IMG/VR virus record: IMGVR_UViG_3300046333_000120
Length of the DNA stretch: 64,000 nt
DNA from: a virus
Direction: 5' to 3' (one strand)
Below are positions 39,736-49,977 of the stretch, one piece after another. Position 1 is the stretch's first letter; each line of letters opens with the position of its first letter. The notes under the pieces are model-generated. The model saw only the letters and a list, made by a program, of their open reading frames with translations, was not told the origin of the DNA and searched no databases. The position numbers and the translations under genes are program-made.

Positions 39736-40716
39736 ATGAGCGGAAATATCTTTGAAAAACGAATAAATATTTTACCTTACGAATACCCCCAACTTTTAGC
39801 ATATAAAGATGCAATAAGACATTCATATTGGATTCACACAGAATTCAATTTCACAACAGATATTGATGATTTTAAAACAAAAATCTCTAGTGAAGAACGA
39901 GAAGTTATCAAAAGATCAATGTTAGCGATCGCACAAATCGAAGTTAATGTTAAAACATTTTGGGCAGATCTTTATAAAAGAATGCCAATTACAGAAATTG
40001 GAGATGTTGGTATGACATTTGCAGAATCTGAAGTAAGACACAAGGATGCTTACGCACAATTATTAAGAATCCTGGGATTAGAAGATGAATTCCAACATGT
40101 GGTAGAAATTCCGGCAATTAAAGACAGAATAGCATATTTATCAAAATACTTAGATGGTACAAGAAGTAAGGACAATAAAATGTATACAAAATCCGTATTG
40201 TTATTTTCATTGTTTATTGAACATGTTAGTTTATTTAGCCAATTCTTCATCATGATGTCTTTCAACAAAGAGAAAAACTTATTTAAAGGTATTTCAAATG
40301 TAGTTGAAGCAACAAGTAAAGAGGAAGAAATCCATGGAAACTTTGGCTCTGAATTAATTAACATTATTAAGAAAGAAAATCCAGAATGGTTTGATGAGGA
40401 GTTTGAACAACTTATAGATTCTGCATGTAAAAAAGCATATCTAGCAGAGGTTAAAATCCTTGATTGGATTTTTGAAAATGGAGAACTTGATTTTCTATCA
40501 AAGGAAACAATTAAACAGTTTATTCAAAATCGTTTTAATAATTCTTTACAAAGAATTGGAATGAAACCAATATTTGATGTTGATTTTACAGAGGTAGAGA
40601 AATCTTTATGGTTTGACGTTGAGATTCTTTCAACTAAAGAGGGAGACTTTTTTTATAAGAAGCAAATTGATTATTTTAAGAAAGGTAAATCAATAACTGA
40701 AGATGATTTGTTTTAA
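39736..40716 (+). CDS. nrdB: Ribonucleotide reductase class I, beta subunit
   Basis: Di-metal motifs ESEVRHKDAY, EHVSLFSQF, EEEIH; C-terminal DFF. Confidence 0.92.
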   Translation: MSGNIFEKRINILPYEYPQLLAYKDAIRHSYWIHTEFNFTTDIDDFKTKISSEEREVIKRSMLAIAQIEVNVKTFWADLYKRMPITEIGDVGMTFAESEVRHKDAYAQLLRILGLEDEFQHVVEIPAIKDRIAYLSKYLDGTRSKDNKMYTKSVLLFSLFIEHVSLFSQFFIMMSFNKEKNLFKGISNVVEATSKEEEIHGNFGSELINIIKKENPEWFDEEFEQLIDSACKKAYLAEVKILDWIFENGELDFLSKETIKQFIQNRFNNSLQRIGMKPIFDVDFTEVEKSLWFDVEILSTKEGDFFYKKQIDYFKKGKSITEDDLF

Positions 40717-40740
40717 TTAATGTCCTTTTTTGATAAAAAA

Positions 40741-40791
40741 ATTCAAATGATTGAGATATATAAACTATAAAAATATCTTAATCAAATGAAT
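40741..40791 (+). promoter_or_regulatory. Late promoter inside a hairpin that occludes the HNH start codon
   Basis: TGATTGAGATAT (40748-59) pairs with ATATCTTAATCA (40773-84); ATTCA pairs with TGAAT across the ATG; GATATATAA at 40755-63. Confidence 0.7.
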
Positions 40792-41607
40792 TGGACAATC
40801 ATATATAAAAACCTAATAGATAATGCAATCTTAGAAAAAAGAACTAAAAGTACTGAAATATATTATGAAAATCATCATATTGTTCCAAAACACATGGGAG
40901 GTGATAATTCTAATAATAATTTAGTACTTTTAACATTTAGAGAGCATGTATTAGCACACTATTTATTATGGAGAATCCATGGATATGAAGGTGATAAATT
41001 AATGTATTCTCTTAGAAATCTTCAAACAGAAGAAGCTCAAAGATTAAGAGTTAAACTAGCAGTTGAGGCAAATAGAAATGGAGGTAAAGGATTTAGACTA
41101 TGGGATGGTGATAAAAATCCAATGAAAGATCCATTAAAGGTTAAGCAAGCATTAGAAAGTAAGAGAGAAAAGTACGATGGTGGTGTAATGTCGATGGAAG
41201 CCAAGAAACAATGGCTTCCTAAAATTAAGATGAGAATGCAAGAAATGGCAAAGGACCCTGAAATACAAGAAAAACGTTCTAAAACTATTAAACAAATTAA
41301 TGCAACCCTAACTCCGGAAGAATTTGCACTAAAATATAATAATGCTGGTAAAAATAATGGAAATTATGGTTGGATTAAAGGGTATTATGATGTAATTGAC
41401 CCTGATGGAAATGTTACAAAATATGAAAGTCAAGAGAACATTATAAAGGAGTTAAATATATCTCAATCATTTTTAGTTAGGAATAGAAACAAAGGAGTTT
41501 TATTCACAAAACCAAAGAAAAATGCCGGACAATGGAACGGATGGACTTTTAATTACTTTAAACTTCCATGTCCAACTACTGGTAGAATACAAAAAGAACA
41601 CAAATAA
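40786..41607 (+). mobile_element. Free-standing HNH homing endonuclease (MobE-like position)
   Basis: 'ENHHIVPKHMGGDNSNNNLVLLTFREHVLAH'; sits between nrdB and nrdA. Confidence 0.8.
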
Positions 41608-41633
41608 TAAAATTTAAAAACAAAGCAAACTAA

Positions 41634-43259
41634 ATGGAATATGAAAAGAATTACTGGCTTAATGAAGACAGTAGAACATTTTTATCTAGAGGTTATATTA
41701 AAGAATCTCCAGAACAGCGAATTAAAGATGTAGCAAACACAGCAGAAAGACAATTAAAAATTGAAGGGTTTGCAAAAAAGTTTGAGGACTATATGACAAG
41801 AGGTTTTTATAGTTTATCAACTCCAGTTTGGATTAATTATGGAAAAGATAAAGGACTTCCAGTAAGTTGTTATGGTAGCAATGTCGATGATACTTTAGAT
41901 AGTATCTTAAATGGAAGTAGAGAAATTGGAATGATGTCAAAATATGGAGGAGGAACTTCCGTATTTTTAGGAAACATCAGAGCAAGAGGAACTAAAATCT
42001 CAACGGGAGGAACTGCAGATGGACCAGTCCACTATGCTAGAATGTATGATACTACTGTTGATGTATGTAAACAATCAGAAGCAAGAAGAGGAGCATGTGC
42101 AGCATGGTTACCTATTGAACATAATGATATTTTAGAATTTTTAGATATGGGTTCAGACGGAAATCCAATTCAAAATTTACAATATGGAGTTACTGTAACT
42201 GATCAATGGTTAGACGAAATGAAAGCGGGAGATGCTGATAAACGTAAAGTTTGGGCTAAAGTAATTCAAAGACGTAATGAGTTTGGTTTTCCATACATTA
42301 TGTTTAAAGATAATTCAAACAACAATTCACCGTATAAAGAATTAGGACTTGAAATTACAGCAAGTAATCTTTGTTCAGAGATTCAATTACCAACGGATTC
42401 ATTTAATTCATTTGTATGTTGTTTAGGTTCTATTAACCTATTACATTGGGATGAAATTAAAGAAACAGATGCAATCGAAACTTATGTTTTATTTTTAAAT
42501 GCAGTAATGGATGAGTTCATTAAGAAATCATATAATATGCCAGGAATGAAACGAGCACATCGTTTTGCAGAACAACATAGAGCATTGGGACTTGGAGTAT
42601 TAGGTTACCATTCATTGTTCCAATCTAAATTAATTACATTTGATTCATTACAGGCTAAGGCAATCAATCGCGATTTTTTTTCAACACTAAAAGAAAGAAG
42701 TGACGCAGCATCTAAATGGCTGCATGATGAAAAAGGTTACCGTTCAATTAGACCAGGATATGCAAATACTACATTAGTAGCGATTGCACCAACAAAAAGT
42801 AGTTCATTTATTCTAGGACAGGTAAGTATGGGAATTGAGCCAATTAAATCTAACTATTTTATTAAAGATTTAGCAAAATCAAAAACTATTTACAAAAATC
42901 CTTTCTTAATTGAAGAACTTGAAAAATATGGTTTAAATACACCAGATGTTTGGGAAGGAATCTTAAAAAGAGATGGTAGTGTTCAACATTTAGATTTTCC
43001 AACAAAAGAAGTTTTTAAATCATTTGTTGAAATCAGTCCAAAGGAAATAGTATTACAAGCGGCTCAAAGGCAACATTTTATTGACCAATCACAGTCATTA
43101 AATTTAATGATACATCCTTCAGTTTCAGCCAAAGATATTAATACATTGTATCTATATGCACATGAGGAAGGAGTTAAAACATTATACTACCAATTTAGCC
43201 AAAGTTCAGCCCAATCATTTGCAAGAGATATTTTAGATTGTGCAAGTTGTGAGGCATAA
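41634..43259 (+). CDS. nrdA: Ribonucleotide reductase class I, alpha subunit (no ATP cone)
   Basis: 'PVSCY', 'SNLCSEI', 'APTKSSS', 'IDQSQSLN', 'KTLYY', C-terminal CASC. Confidence 0.92.
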   Translation: MEYEKNYWLNEDSRTFLSRGYIKESPEQRIKDVANTAERQLKIEGFAKKFEDYMTRGFYSLSTPVWINYGKDKGLPVSCYGSNVDDTLDSILNGSREIGMMSKYGGGTSVFLGNIRARGTKISTGGTADGPVHYARMYDTTVDVCKQSEARRGACAAWLPIEHNDILEFLDMGSDGNPIQNLQYGVTVTDQWLDEMKAGDADKRKVWAKVIQRRNEFGFPYIMFKDNSNNNSPYKELGLEITASNLCSEIQLPTDSFNSFVCCLGSINLLHWDEIKETDAIETYVLFLNAVMDEFIKKSYNMPGMKRAHRFAEQHRALGLGVLGYHSLFQSKLITFDSLQAKAINRDFFSTLKERSDAASKWLHDEKGYRSIRPGYANTTLVAIAPTKSSSFILGQVSMGIEPIKSNYFIKDLAKSKTIYKNPFLIEELEKYGLNTPDVWEGILKRDGSVQHLDFPTKEVFKSFVEISPKEIVLQAAQRQHFIDQSQSLNLMIHPSVSAKDINTLYLYAHEEGVKTLYYQFSQSSAQSFARDILDCASCEA

Positions 43260-43318
43260 GGAACCGGCAATCTGAAATACGATTGCATTTTAGGACCGGG
43301 ACTAGTTCACGGAGGTGT

Positions 43319-43350
43319 AAAGCAGGGAATTCGCTACTCCCTGCTTTTTT
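43319..43350 (+). terminator. Intrinsic terminator
   Basis: AAAGCAGGGA-attcgctac-TCCCTGCTTT followed by T. Confidence 0.75.
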
Positions 43351-43452
43351 ATTTGTAAAAAAAAGATATATAATAAAAATAATCAATAAAATATTTTCAT
43401 ATATCAAATAAAATGATTATTATATTTATATAAACAAAATAAAACAAAAATT

Positions 43453-44309
43453 ATGAAACACATTCAATTATTTGAACAATTTGTTAATGAGGCAAAATTA
43501 ACCAAAAAAGTCCAGGATACGCAGAAGCGTTAGAAACTATTAAAACTAAAGATGCTTTAGAAAATTTCTTTTTAAAAAATAAGAAGAAGATGGAATCTCT
43601 TCCAATGGAACAATTCACAAAACCATCGACAACCTCCGAGTTAGCACCGAAAGTACTTCCAGAATTAATGAACCATTTACAAGGAAAATTAAAAAATAGT
43701 ATTGTTGACATGGACAACGGCGATATCAAAGTTAGTTCGCCAGAAGTCAATACTAATCAATATTACAATACTAAATTTCCATGTATTTTGTTGGGGTATC
43801 GTCATAACGATTTTTATCCGATGGTAGGTCAAGTATCACCGGATCATAATGGTTATTGGAAACAATATACTAAAAATATTGTCATAAAAACGGAAATTGA
43901 GACAGATAAATTAAATCGATGGTCTTCCAAAGGTGAGTCGATATTGCATGCTTCAAATACTAATGCAATCATTGATTTTTTAATTAGTTCTTCCACATTT
44001 AGTAATCTTTTACAAAAACACGTAAATGCTTGTACTGCTTATATAAAGGCAGTAAATGCTTATGAAGTTCCAGATAAAGAAAAACTAAAATTAGAAGCTG
44101 AAGAGGTAATATCTGAATTCGCATGGGAAGTATCTAACCAAATTGAAAAAGCTAATCAACATGATAAACACTTTAAATCTTCTAAATTTTCAGAGGAAAA
44201 AATGGAAAAATACTTTAAAAGTATGACTAAAGGATGGACATCTGAAGAAATTATATCAAATCTTACAGATTATAATTGGAGAGTTCATACGTATGAATTA
44301 GGTTTATAA
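43453..44309 (+). pseudogene. Frameshifted gene with capsid-targeting-like leader
   Basis: MKHIQLFEQFVNEA from 43453 stops at 43531-33; the -1 frame is open 43491-44309; one extra A in the A6 run at 43504-09 would join them; late motif at 43365-73. Confidence 0.6.
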
Positions 44310-44350
44310 CCACACATGATAGAATCGAAGGACCGACTCATAATAGTTTC

Positions 44351-44377
44351 AACCTGTCAGTAATGGCAGGTTTTTTT
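44351..44377 (+). terminator. Intrinsic terminator
   Basis: AACCTGTCA-gtaa-TGGCAGGTT followed by a T tract. Confidence 0.75.
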
Positions 44378-44378
44378 A

Positions 44379-44407
44379 TGAAACAAAACCTCTATTTTCA
44401 TTATAAT
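44379..44407 (+). promoter_or_regulatory. TGAAAC-N17-TATAAT promoter
   Basis: Motif match before the clamp/polymerase C-half operon. Confidence 0.65.
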
Positions 44408-44436
44408 ATCTAAATAATCAAATTTAAATAAAAAAT

Positions 44437-45198
44437 ATGAAAATTAAAATTGACAAAGTAGATCAAAACAATTTCATTGGTTTTGTGAACAGACTTAAAG
44501 TAATAGATACCTTTATCTATTTTAAAATTAAAGATGGAGTAGTACAGGCTTCTGCATATCTTCCACAACGTGATGCAGTTAAACATCACAGGGTTCCGGT
44601 TTCACATGTATTCCAATTAGAAGAAGGAACTATGGAAGCTGCAGGTTCTAAGGAATTAAAAATTGCATTTTTTGATGCGTCTAGGTTAACAGACGCCTTT
44701 AAACAATTTGAATTTGGTAATGTTCGCGCTGAAATAGAATTCGTAGAAAATGAAGAAGATTTTGTTGCAACTGAATTTAGAGTTTTTAACGAAGAACTTG
44801 AAATTAAATTATCATGTTCAGAGCCATCATTAGGTTATAAAGATCTTACTGATTCTCAAATTGCTGCAATCTTTAATGTAGAGTCAGCGAACTATGTATT
44901 TGATATGGACTACACTGCAATTTCTAAAGTACGTTCATTATTTGGATTGGATAAAGAAGAAACATTCTCAATTACAACAAGTAAGGATGGAGTTAGAATG
45001 AAAGGAAAAACATATAACTATTTAGTTACTGATGGATTCGAAGGAACTAATGGTACTGATGTAACTCTTTTCAAAAAATATCTAAACCTTTTAGATAAAG
45101 AAGATTATTCGGCAAACGTAATGGACAATCGTGTTGTTTTACGTTCTAAAGATTCTGAAACACTTTTAACAATCGCTACTTGCCAAACTGCTGAATAA
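44437..45198 (+). CDS. Putative sliding clamp (gp45-like)
   Basis: 253 aa, acidic, alternating alpha/beta pattern, directly upstream of the polymerase C-half; no exact motif recognised. Confidence 0.5.
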   Translation: MKIKIDKVDQNNFIGFVNRLKVIDTFIYFKIKDGVVQASAYLPQRDAVKHHRVPVSHVFQLEEGTMEAAGSKELKIAFFDASRLTDAFKQFEFGNVRAEIEFVENEEDFVATEFRVFNEELEIKLSCSEPSLGYKDLTDSQIAAIFNVESANYVFDMDYTAISKVRSLFGLDKEETFSITTSKDGVRMKGKTYNYLVTDGFEGTNGTDVTLFKKYLNLLDKEDYSANVMDNRVVLRSKDSETLLTIATCQTAE

Positions 45199-45201
45199 TA
45201 T

Positions 45202-46398
45202 ATGACAATAGATGAATTAATACTAAAGCCAGAGAGTGATCTGACACAGGAAGAGATTAAAATCTTGGTAGAGCATTATTCAACGTTGTCTGCCAAATAT
45301 ACTGCATATGAGCAGGCGGTTAAGGTAATGCTTAACTCAATCTATGGAGCATTTGGTAATAAATGGTTTCACTTTTTCAATATAGATATCGCAGAATCTA
45401 TTACCCTACAGGGTCAATCTGCGATTCTATATTCTGAAAAGATTCTTAATAAGTATTTTCAAGAATTCTGGCATAAAGATACTGCAGTACATGAATTTCT
45501 TAATATCCAAGTAAAGAATAAAATAGTAAGACCATCTGTTGTTTATATCGATACCGATTCATGTTATGTACAATTTGAAGAAATGTATGAATCTATTGAG
45601 TGGTTAGAAACTAAACTAACAATTGATGATTTCATTATGAAAATATACAACTTCAGACTTAAAGAGTATATTTTTAAATGCATGGAAAAATATGCAGCAG
45701 CAACAAATACTGAGAATTTCCTTACATTTGAACTTGAAACCATAGCATACTCAGGTATTTGGTTAGCCAAGAAAAAGTATTTACAAAACATTGCATGGGA
45801 AGATAAAATAGGAATTGATGAAAGATATCCATCTCTTAAAAAGATTAAAACAATCGGGTATGACACAATTCAAAGTTCTACTCCTGCAATTGCGCGCAAA
45901 CACTTAACAGAAGCATTAAAATTAATTCTTTCAGAAAAACCGACAGCATCTTTGTTAAAAAGACTTGTTGATTATTTAAAACAATGTAAGAAGGAATTTC
46001 AATTAGCAAGTGTTGATGAAATATGCTTTAATAAGAGAACAAATAATATTGAAAAATATATCGTAGATGATACAATAGAATTCCAGTATGGTCTTAAGTG
46101 TCCTCCTAATGTAAAGGCTGCAGGGTTTTATAACTTCTTAATGAATACTAATCCAAAGTATAAAAACAAGTACAAAATGATTGGTAATGGTGAGAAGTTA
46201 AAATTGTATCACTGTAAACATAATGTTTGTGAAATATTTGCATATCAACCAGGCGCACATCCTTATGAAATAGCTCCTCCGATAGATTATGAATTGCAAT
46301 TTGAAAAAAGTGTAATAGATCCATTAAACAGAGTATTAGTTGCAGTAGGGTTACATTCATTAAATAGAAACTTAATTTATTCAACATCATTATTTTAA
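45202..46398 (+). CDS. Family B DNA polymerase, C-terminal half (motifs B and C, thumb)
   Basis: KVMLNSIYGAFG, ITLQGQ, YIDTDS, AKKKY; C-terminal 'STSLF' resembles a clamp-binding peptide. Confidence 0.9.
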   Translation: MTIDELILKPESDLTQEEIKILVEHYSTLSAKYTAYEQAVKVMLNSIYGAFGNKWFHFFNIDIAESITLQGQSAILYSEKILNKYFQEFWHKDTAVHEFLNIQVKNKIVRPSVVYIDTDSCYVQFEEMYESIEWLETKLTIDDFIMKIYNFRLKEYIFKCMEKYAAATNTENFLTFELETIAYSGIWLAKKKYLQNIAWEDKIGIDERYPSLKKIKTIGYDTIQSSTPAIARKHLTEALKLILSEKPTASLLKRLVDYLKQCKKEFQLASVDEICFNKRTNNIEKYIVDDTIEFQYGLKCPPNVKAAGFYNFLMNTNPKYKNKYKMIGNGEKLKLYHCKHNVCEIFAYQPGAHPYEIAPPIDYELQFEKSVIDPLNRVLVAVGLHSLNRNLIYSTSLF

Positions 46399-46399
46399 T

Positions 46400-46591
46400 A
46401 TGAAAATAACACAGGAACATATTGTTAACTTGGTAAAACAAAATCCAAATGACGCAGTCCTAGGATCTGCAGTAAGAGAACTCGTACTTAAATCTCAAAA
46501 TACAAATGAGATTCAGATAGATCCCCAACAAATAAGTTTATTAGATTCTATTAATGAAGTAACAAATAGTGGAGATGGATATAAATATTAG
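46400..46591 (+). CDS. Hypothetical protein, 63 aa
   Basis: ORF with 'LVKQNPNDAVLGSAVR', a motif type common in small phage proteins. Confidence 0.5.
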   Translation: MKITQEHIVNLVKQNPNDAVLGSAVRELVLKSQNTNEIQIDPQQISLLDSINEVTNSGDGYKY

Positions 46592-46766
46592 TAAATTAAC
46601 AGATGAGCAACTATCAATGGTAGGATCTTATAAAAGAATCAATCAACGACTTGAAACTTTACAAAAACAAATGACCATAATTCAGTATGAGGCGCAAGGT
46701 CTTATAGAAGAGTTAGAGGATTTACGAAAAAAAGAAAATAAAACAATTAACGATGGCAAAAAATAA
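46575..46766 (+). CDS. Small coiled-coil hypothetical protein
   Basis: ORF overlapping its neighbours; ATG at 46575. Confidence 0.45.
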   Translation: MDINISKLTDEQLSMVGSYKRINQRLETLQKQMTIIQYEAQGLIEELEDLRKKENKTINDGKK

Positions 46767-47862
46767 CTTTACGTTTGACGATTTAAATAAAGAATTAGCA
46801 AGTTTAAATCCACTTGGTTCTGTAATGGACCAATCTAATTTCTCAGAAGTTACGGAATGGATTCACACTGGCAATTACCACTTAAATGCATGTGTTAGTG
46901 GTTCTCTTTTTAGAGGTTGGCCAAATAATAGATCTTGTTCAGTTGCAGGTCCTTCTGGAACTGGAAAGACTTTCCTTACTCTTAACTCAGTAAGAGAAGC
47001 AATCAATATGGGTTACATGGTAATCTATTATGATTCAGAAGCTGCAGTAGATAAAGAGCAAATGGTCAAATTTGGAATTGATACTTCTAAAGTAAATTAC
47101 CAACCTGTAAATACTGTACAAGATTTTAGAACATCAATTACAACAATTACACAAAAGATGCAAGATATTAAACGTAAAGGTGGTGAAATTCCAAAACTTA
47201 TGATTATCTTGGATTCTGCAGGTAACTTAGCAACACAAAAAGAAATTGATGATGCTGCAACCGGATCTGATAAAGCGGATATGACTCGTTCTAAAATTCT
47301 TAAATCAATCTTTAGAATTATAATGACTCCATTGGCTGATTTAAAGATTCCATTTATCTTTACAAACCACACATACCAATCTCAATCTTTTATTCCACAA
47401 CAAATCGCAGGCGGTGGAACAGGACCAGAGTATGCTGCTTCAATCGTTCTTATGTTAGGTAAGGCACAATTAAAGGATGGAGCTGATAAGGTTGGAATTA
47501 TTGTAACTGCAAAACCAAGTAAAAACCGTTTTGCAAAACCAACTCCAATTAAATTCCACCTTGATTTTAGTAAAGGTATGAATCCATATGTTGGATTAGA
47601 ATTATATGCGACATGGGATATTTGTGGAATTACACGAGGTTCTATTGAAAAAGGAGTTAAAGTTCCAAAGGCAACTGCAAGAGGTTGGATCTGCGAGCAT
47701 CTTGATGATGTAGTTTCCAATGGCGAATTCTTTACTGAAAAGGTATTTACCAAAGAAGTACTTGAAAGAATTGATGCGTATATTCAACCAATCTTTAATT
47801 ATAATTCAGATGCAGGTGGATTAGATATTGAAGAAATGTTAGAAAATTCAATGGAAGACTAA
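46753..47862 (+). CDS. uvsX: RecA-like recombinase UvsX
   Basis: Walker A GPSGTGKT, YYDSE, ILDS, 'FTNHTY', 'GGGTGPEYAAS', 'KNRF'. Confidence 0.9.
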   Translation: MAKNNFTFDDLNKELASLNPLGSVMDQSNFSEVTEWIHTGNYHLNACVSGSLFRGWPNNRSCSVAGPSGTGKTFLTLNSVREAINMGYMVIYYDSEAAVDKEQMVKFGIDTSKVNYQPVNTVQDFRTSITTITQKMQDIKRKGGEIPKLMIILDSAGNLATQKEIDDAATGSDKADMTRSKILKSIFRIIMTPLADLKIPFIFTNHTYQSQSFIPQQIAGGGTGPEYAASIVLMLGKAQLKDGADKVGIIVTAKPSKNRFAKPTPIKFHLDFSKGMNPYVGLELYATWDICGITRGSIEKGVKVPKATARGWICEHLDDVVSNGEFFTEKVFTKEVLERIDAYIQPIFNYNSDAGGLDIEEMLENSMED

Positions 47863-47863
47863 T

Positions 47864-48175
47864 ATGGAGTTAAATCTTTTTAAAATTAACGAAGATAAAC
47901 TACCTATAAAATATGTACTAGGCATCCAGGAAGAACTTGAAACCTTTCCGGATGCCTTTGACATTGTACATATTTATATTGTAGAAAATATCAATAGGCC
48001 AACTAGACCACAGACTGGATTTTCAAAGGCATCTTTATTAAAATATCATGCAAAAGATAATATCGAAAATACTGAAAAAGGAATAAATCAGGCAATTAAT
48101 TTGGGTTTAATAGAACAAACCAAATTTGAAGAAGGTAAGGAAACATATACTATAAAGATTAATCCATTCCAATAA
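47864..48175 (+). CDS. Hypothetical protein, 103 aa (possible winged helix)
   Basis: 'INQAINLGLIEQ...TYTI' resembles a winged-helix wing. Confidence 0.4.
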   Translation: MELNLFKINEDKLPIKYVLGIQEELETFPDAFDIVHIYIVENINRPTRPQTGFSKASLLKYHAKDNIENTEKGINQAINLGLIEQTKFEEGKETYTIKINPFQ

Positions 48176-48201
48176 AACTAATTCATATATTTTAATATAA
48201 T
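48173..48201 (+). promoter_or_regulatory. TAAAAC-N17-TATAAT promoter variant
   Basis: One mismatch to TGAAAC; upstream of the helicase gene. Confidence 0.45.
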
Positions 48202-48220
48202 TAGTATAAAAACAAACTAA

Positions 48221-49534
48221 ATGAAATTCGGACAAGATTTTGAAAAAATATTCTTTAAGTTATCTTTGGCAAAACCAAAATACTTAGAAAAAATACATAA
48301 AGGATTTTACACATCTGAGGAAATAGATACAATGCATTTTTTAGCTACTAAGTTTCATGAAAAATTTCATGAATCACCAAAGGCTGAACAAATGAAAATT
48401 CTTGTACAAAGCCCTAAATTTAAAGGTAAGGTAGAAGATTCAATCATAGAATTGGTTTACAATACAGATCTGACACAGTATGATGATGAGTGGTTAATAT
48501 CAACAGCAGAGGCTTGGATTAAATGGAGAACATTTGATAACACCCTGATTGATACAATCGAATATATTAAAACTACTGATGTTAATCCGGATAATGTAGA
48601 GTCAATTATTACTAAGGTTAAAACCTTAATTAATGATAGAAACTCCATCGTATTTAACTCAGATATTGGTTTGGATTTCTTTAATCCAGATGACCACTAT
48701 CAAGAAGGTAGAGTAAAGATTTCCACAGGATATTCATTCCTTGATAGATTACTTTCAGGTGGATATGATAAAGATGGTTCATTAGTAGTTTATGTTGGAG
48801 AACAAAATATTGGTAAGTCAATTTATTTAGCAAATGACGCTGCAAATTTTGTTAAGATGGGAGTTAATACTGCGTTTGTTTCTGCAGAGATGGCAGCTCA
48901 TAAAGTTTTAAAAAGAATTGGTGCAAATATGTTGACAATTCCAATGAGTGAATATGAAACTAAAGCAAAAAACAAAGAGTTAATTAAAAGAAAACTTGAA
49001 AATGTTGGTGATGGATTAACTCCACCTGGACAATTATTCGTAAAACAATTTCCAACATCTCAAGCGACTGTATTAGATATTGAAGCATATTTAAAACAAA
49101 TTGAAGAGGAAAGAAAAATTAAGCTAGGATGTATTGTAATTGATTATATTAACATCTTATCAAATTATAGAAATCCAAACTCTGAAAATATGTACCTTAA
49201 AATCAAGCAAATTGCTGAAGATTTAAGAGCGATGGGAGTACGTAATGGATGGTTAATAGTAACAGCAACCCAGATTAATAGAAATGGTTATAATTCAAGT
49301 GATATCGGGATGGGAGATGTTGCAGAATCCGCTGGACTTTCACATACTGCTGATTTAATGCTCGGAATTATTCAAGATGATTTAATGAGAGCCTCTAATG
49401 AATACTGGCTTAAAGTATTAAAAATTAGAGATGGAGAAGGAAAAGGAGTTAAATGTAAATTAGACATAAATTATAATTACATGAGACTTACAGAAACAGA
49501 TGACGTAACAAATTCAAATATACACAATTTATAA
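48221..49534 (+). CDS. Replicative DnaB-like helicase (T4 gp41-like)
   Basis: GEQNIGKS, SAEM, IDYINI, TATQINR, AESAGLSHTAD, KIRDG. Confidence 0.9.
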   Translation: MKFGQDFEKIFFKLSLAKPKYLEKIHKGFYTSEEIDTMHFLATKFHEKFHESPKAEQMKILVQSPKFKGKVEDSIIELVYNTDLTQYDDEWLISTAEAWIKWRTFDNTLIDTIEYIKTTDVNPDNVESIITKVKTLINDRNSIVFNSDIGLDFFNPDDHYQEGRVKISTGYSFLDRLLSGGYDKDGSLVVYVGEQNIGKSIYLANDAANFVKMGVNTAFVSAEMAAHKVLKRIGANMLTIPMSEYETKAKNKELIKRKLENVGDGLTPPGQLFVKQFPTSQATVLDIEAYLKQIEEERKIKLGCIVIDYINILSNYRNPNSENMYLKIKQIAEDLRAMGVRNGWLIVTATQINRNGYNSSDIGMGDVAESAGLSHTADLMLGIIQDDLMRASNEYWLKVLKIRDGEGKGVKCKLDINYNYMRLTETDDVTNSNIHNL

Positions 49535-49977
49535 TGAGAACACAAAGAGATAAAATATTCGACAATACATTCGAAGATAGCGAGTTTGAAATGGATCCTA
49601 CCTTCTCATTTGCAATTGCACCTAGTTATGCAGACAATAGAGATGAAGAGGATAAAATAGAAACAAGTATTATTATATCAAAAATACATGAGCTTATAGA
49701 AGCTTCTAGGTTTAAGAAGTTTAATAATATTAATGAATTTGAACAAACTGTAAAACTAAAAAAGATTGAAATTAATGAAATCTATGAATATCTTTCGGAT
49801 GAACTTAGGCCTAATCATTCAATCATTGAAATATTCTCGGAAGTATGTGATTATTTCAATATAAATCCAACCAAGTTCTATCAATCTCTTGGAAATAAAT
49901 TCAAAGAAGAATTAATTGAAACACTTGATAGAAAAACAAACATTCTTAAGAAAAAGAATATAAATAGATTATTCTAA
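49534..49977 (+). CDS. Possible late-transcription coactivator (gp33-like)
   Basis: C-terminal 'IEIFSEVCDYFNINPTKFYQSLGNKFKEELIE' resembles the gp33 helical pattern. Confidence 0.35.
   Translation: MRTQRDKIFDNTFEDSEFEMDPTFSFAIAPSYADNRDEEDKIETSIIISKIHELIEASRFKKFNNINEFEQTVKLKKIEINEIYEYLSDELRPNHSIIEIFSEVCDYFNINPTKFYQSLGNKFKEELIETLDRKTNILKKKNINRLF

Noticed and set aside
39600-45300. Split intein or group I intron joining the polymerase halves or surrounding the HNH gene
   Set aside because: No intein terminal motifs (N-terminal Cys/Ser block, His-Asn end); nrdB and nrdA are each complete, so the HNH gene is free-standing.
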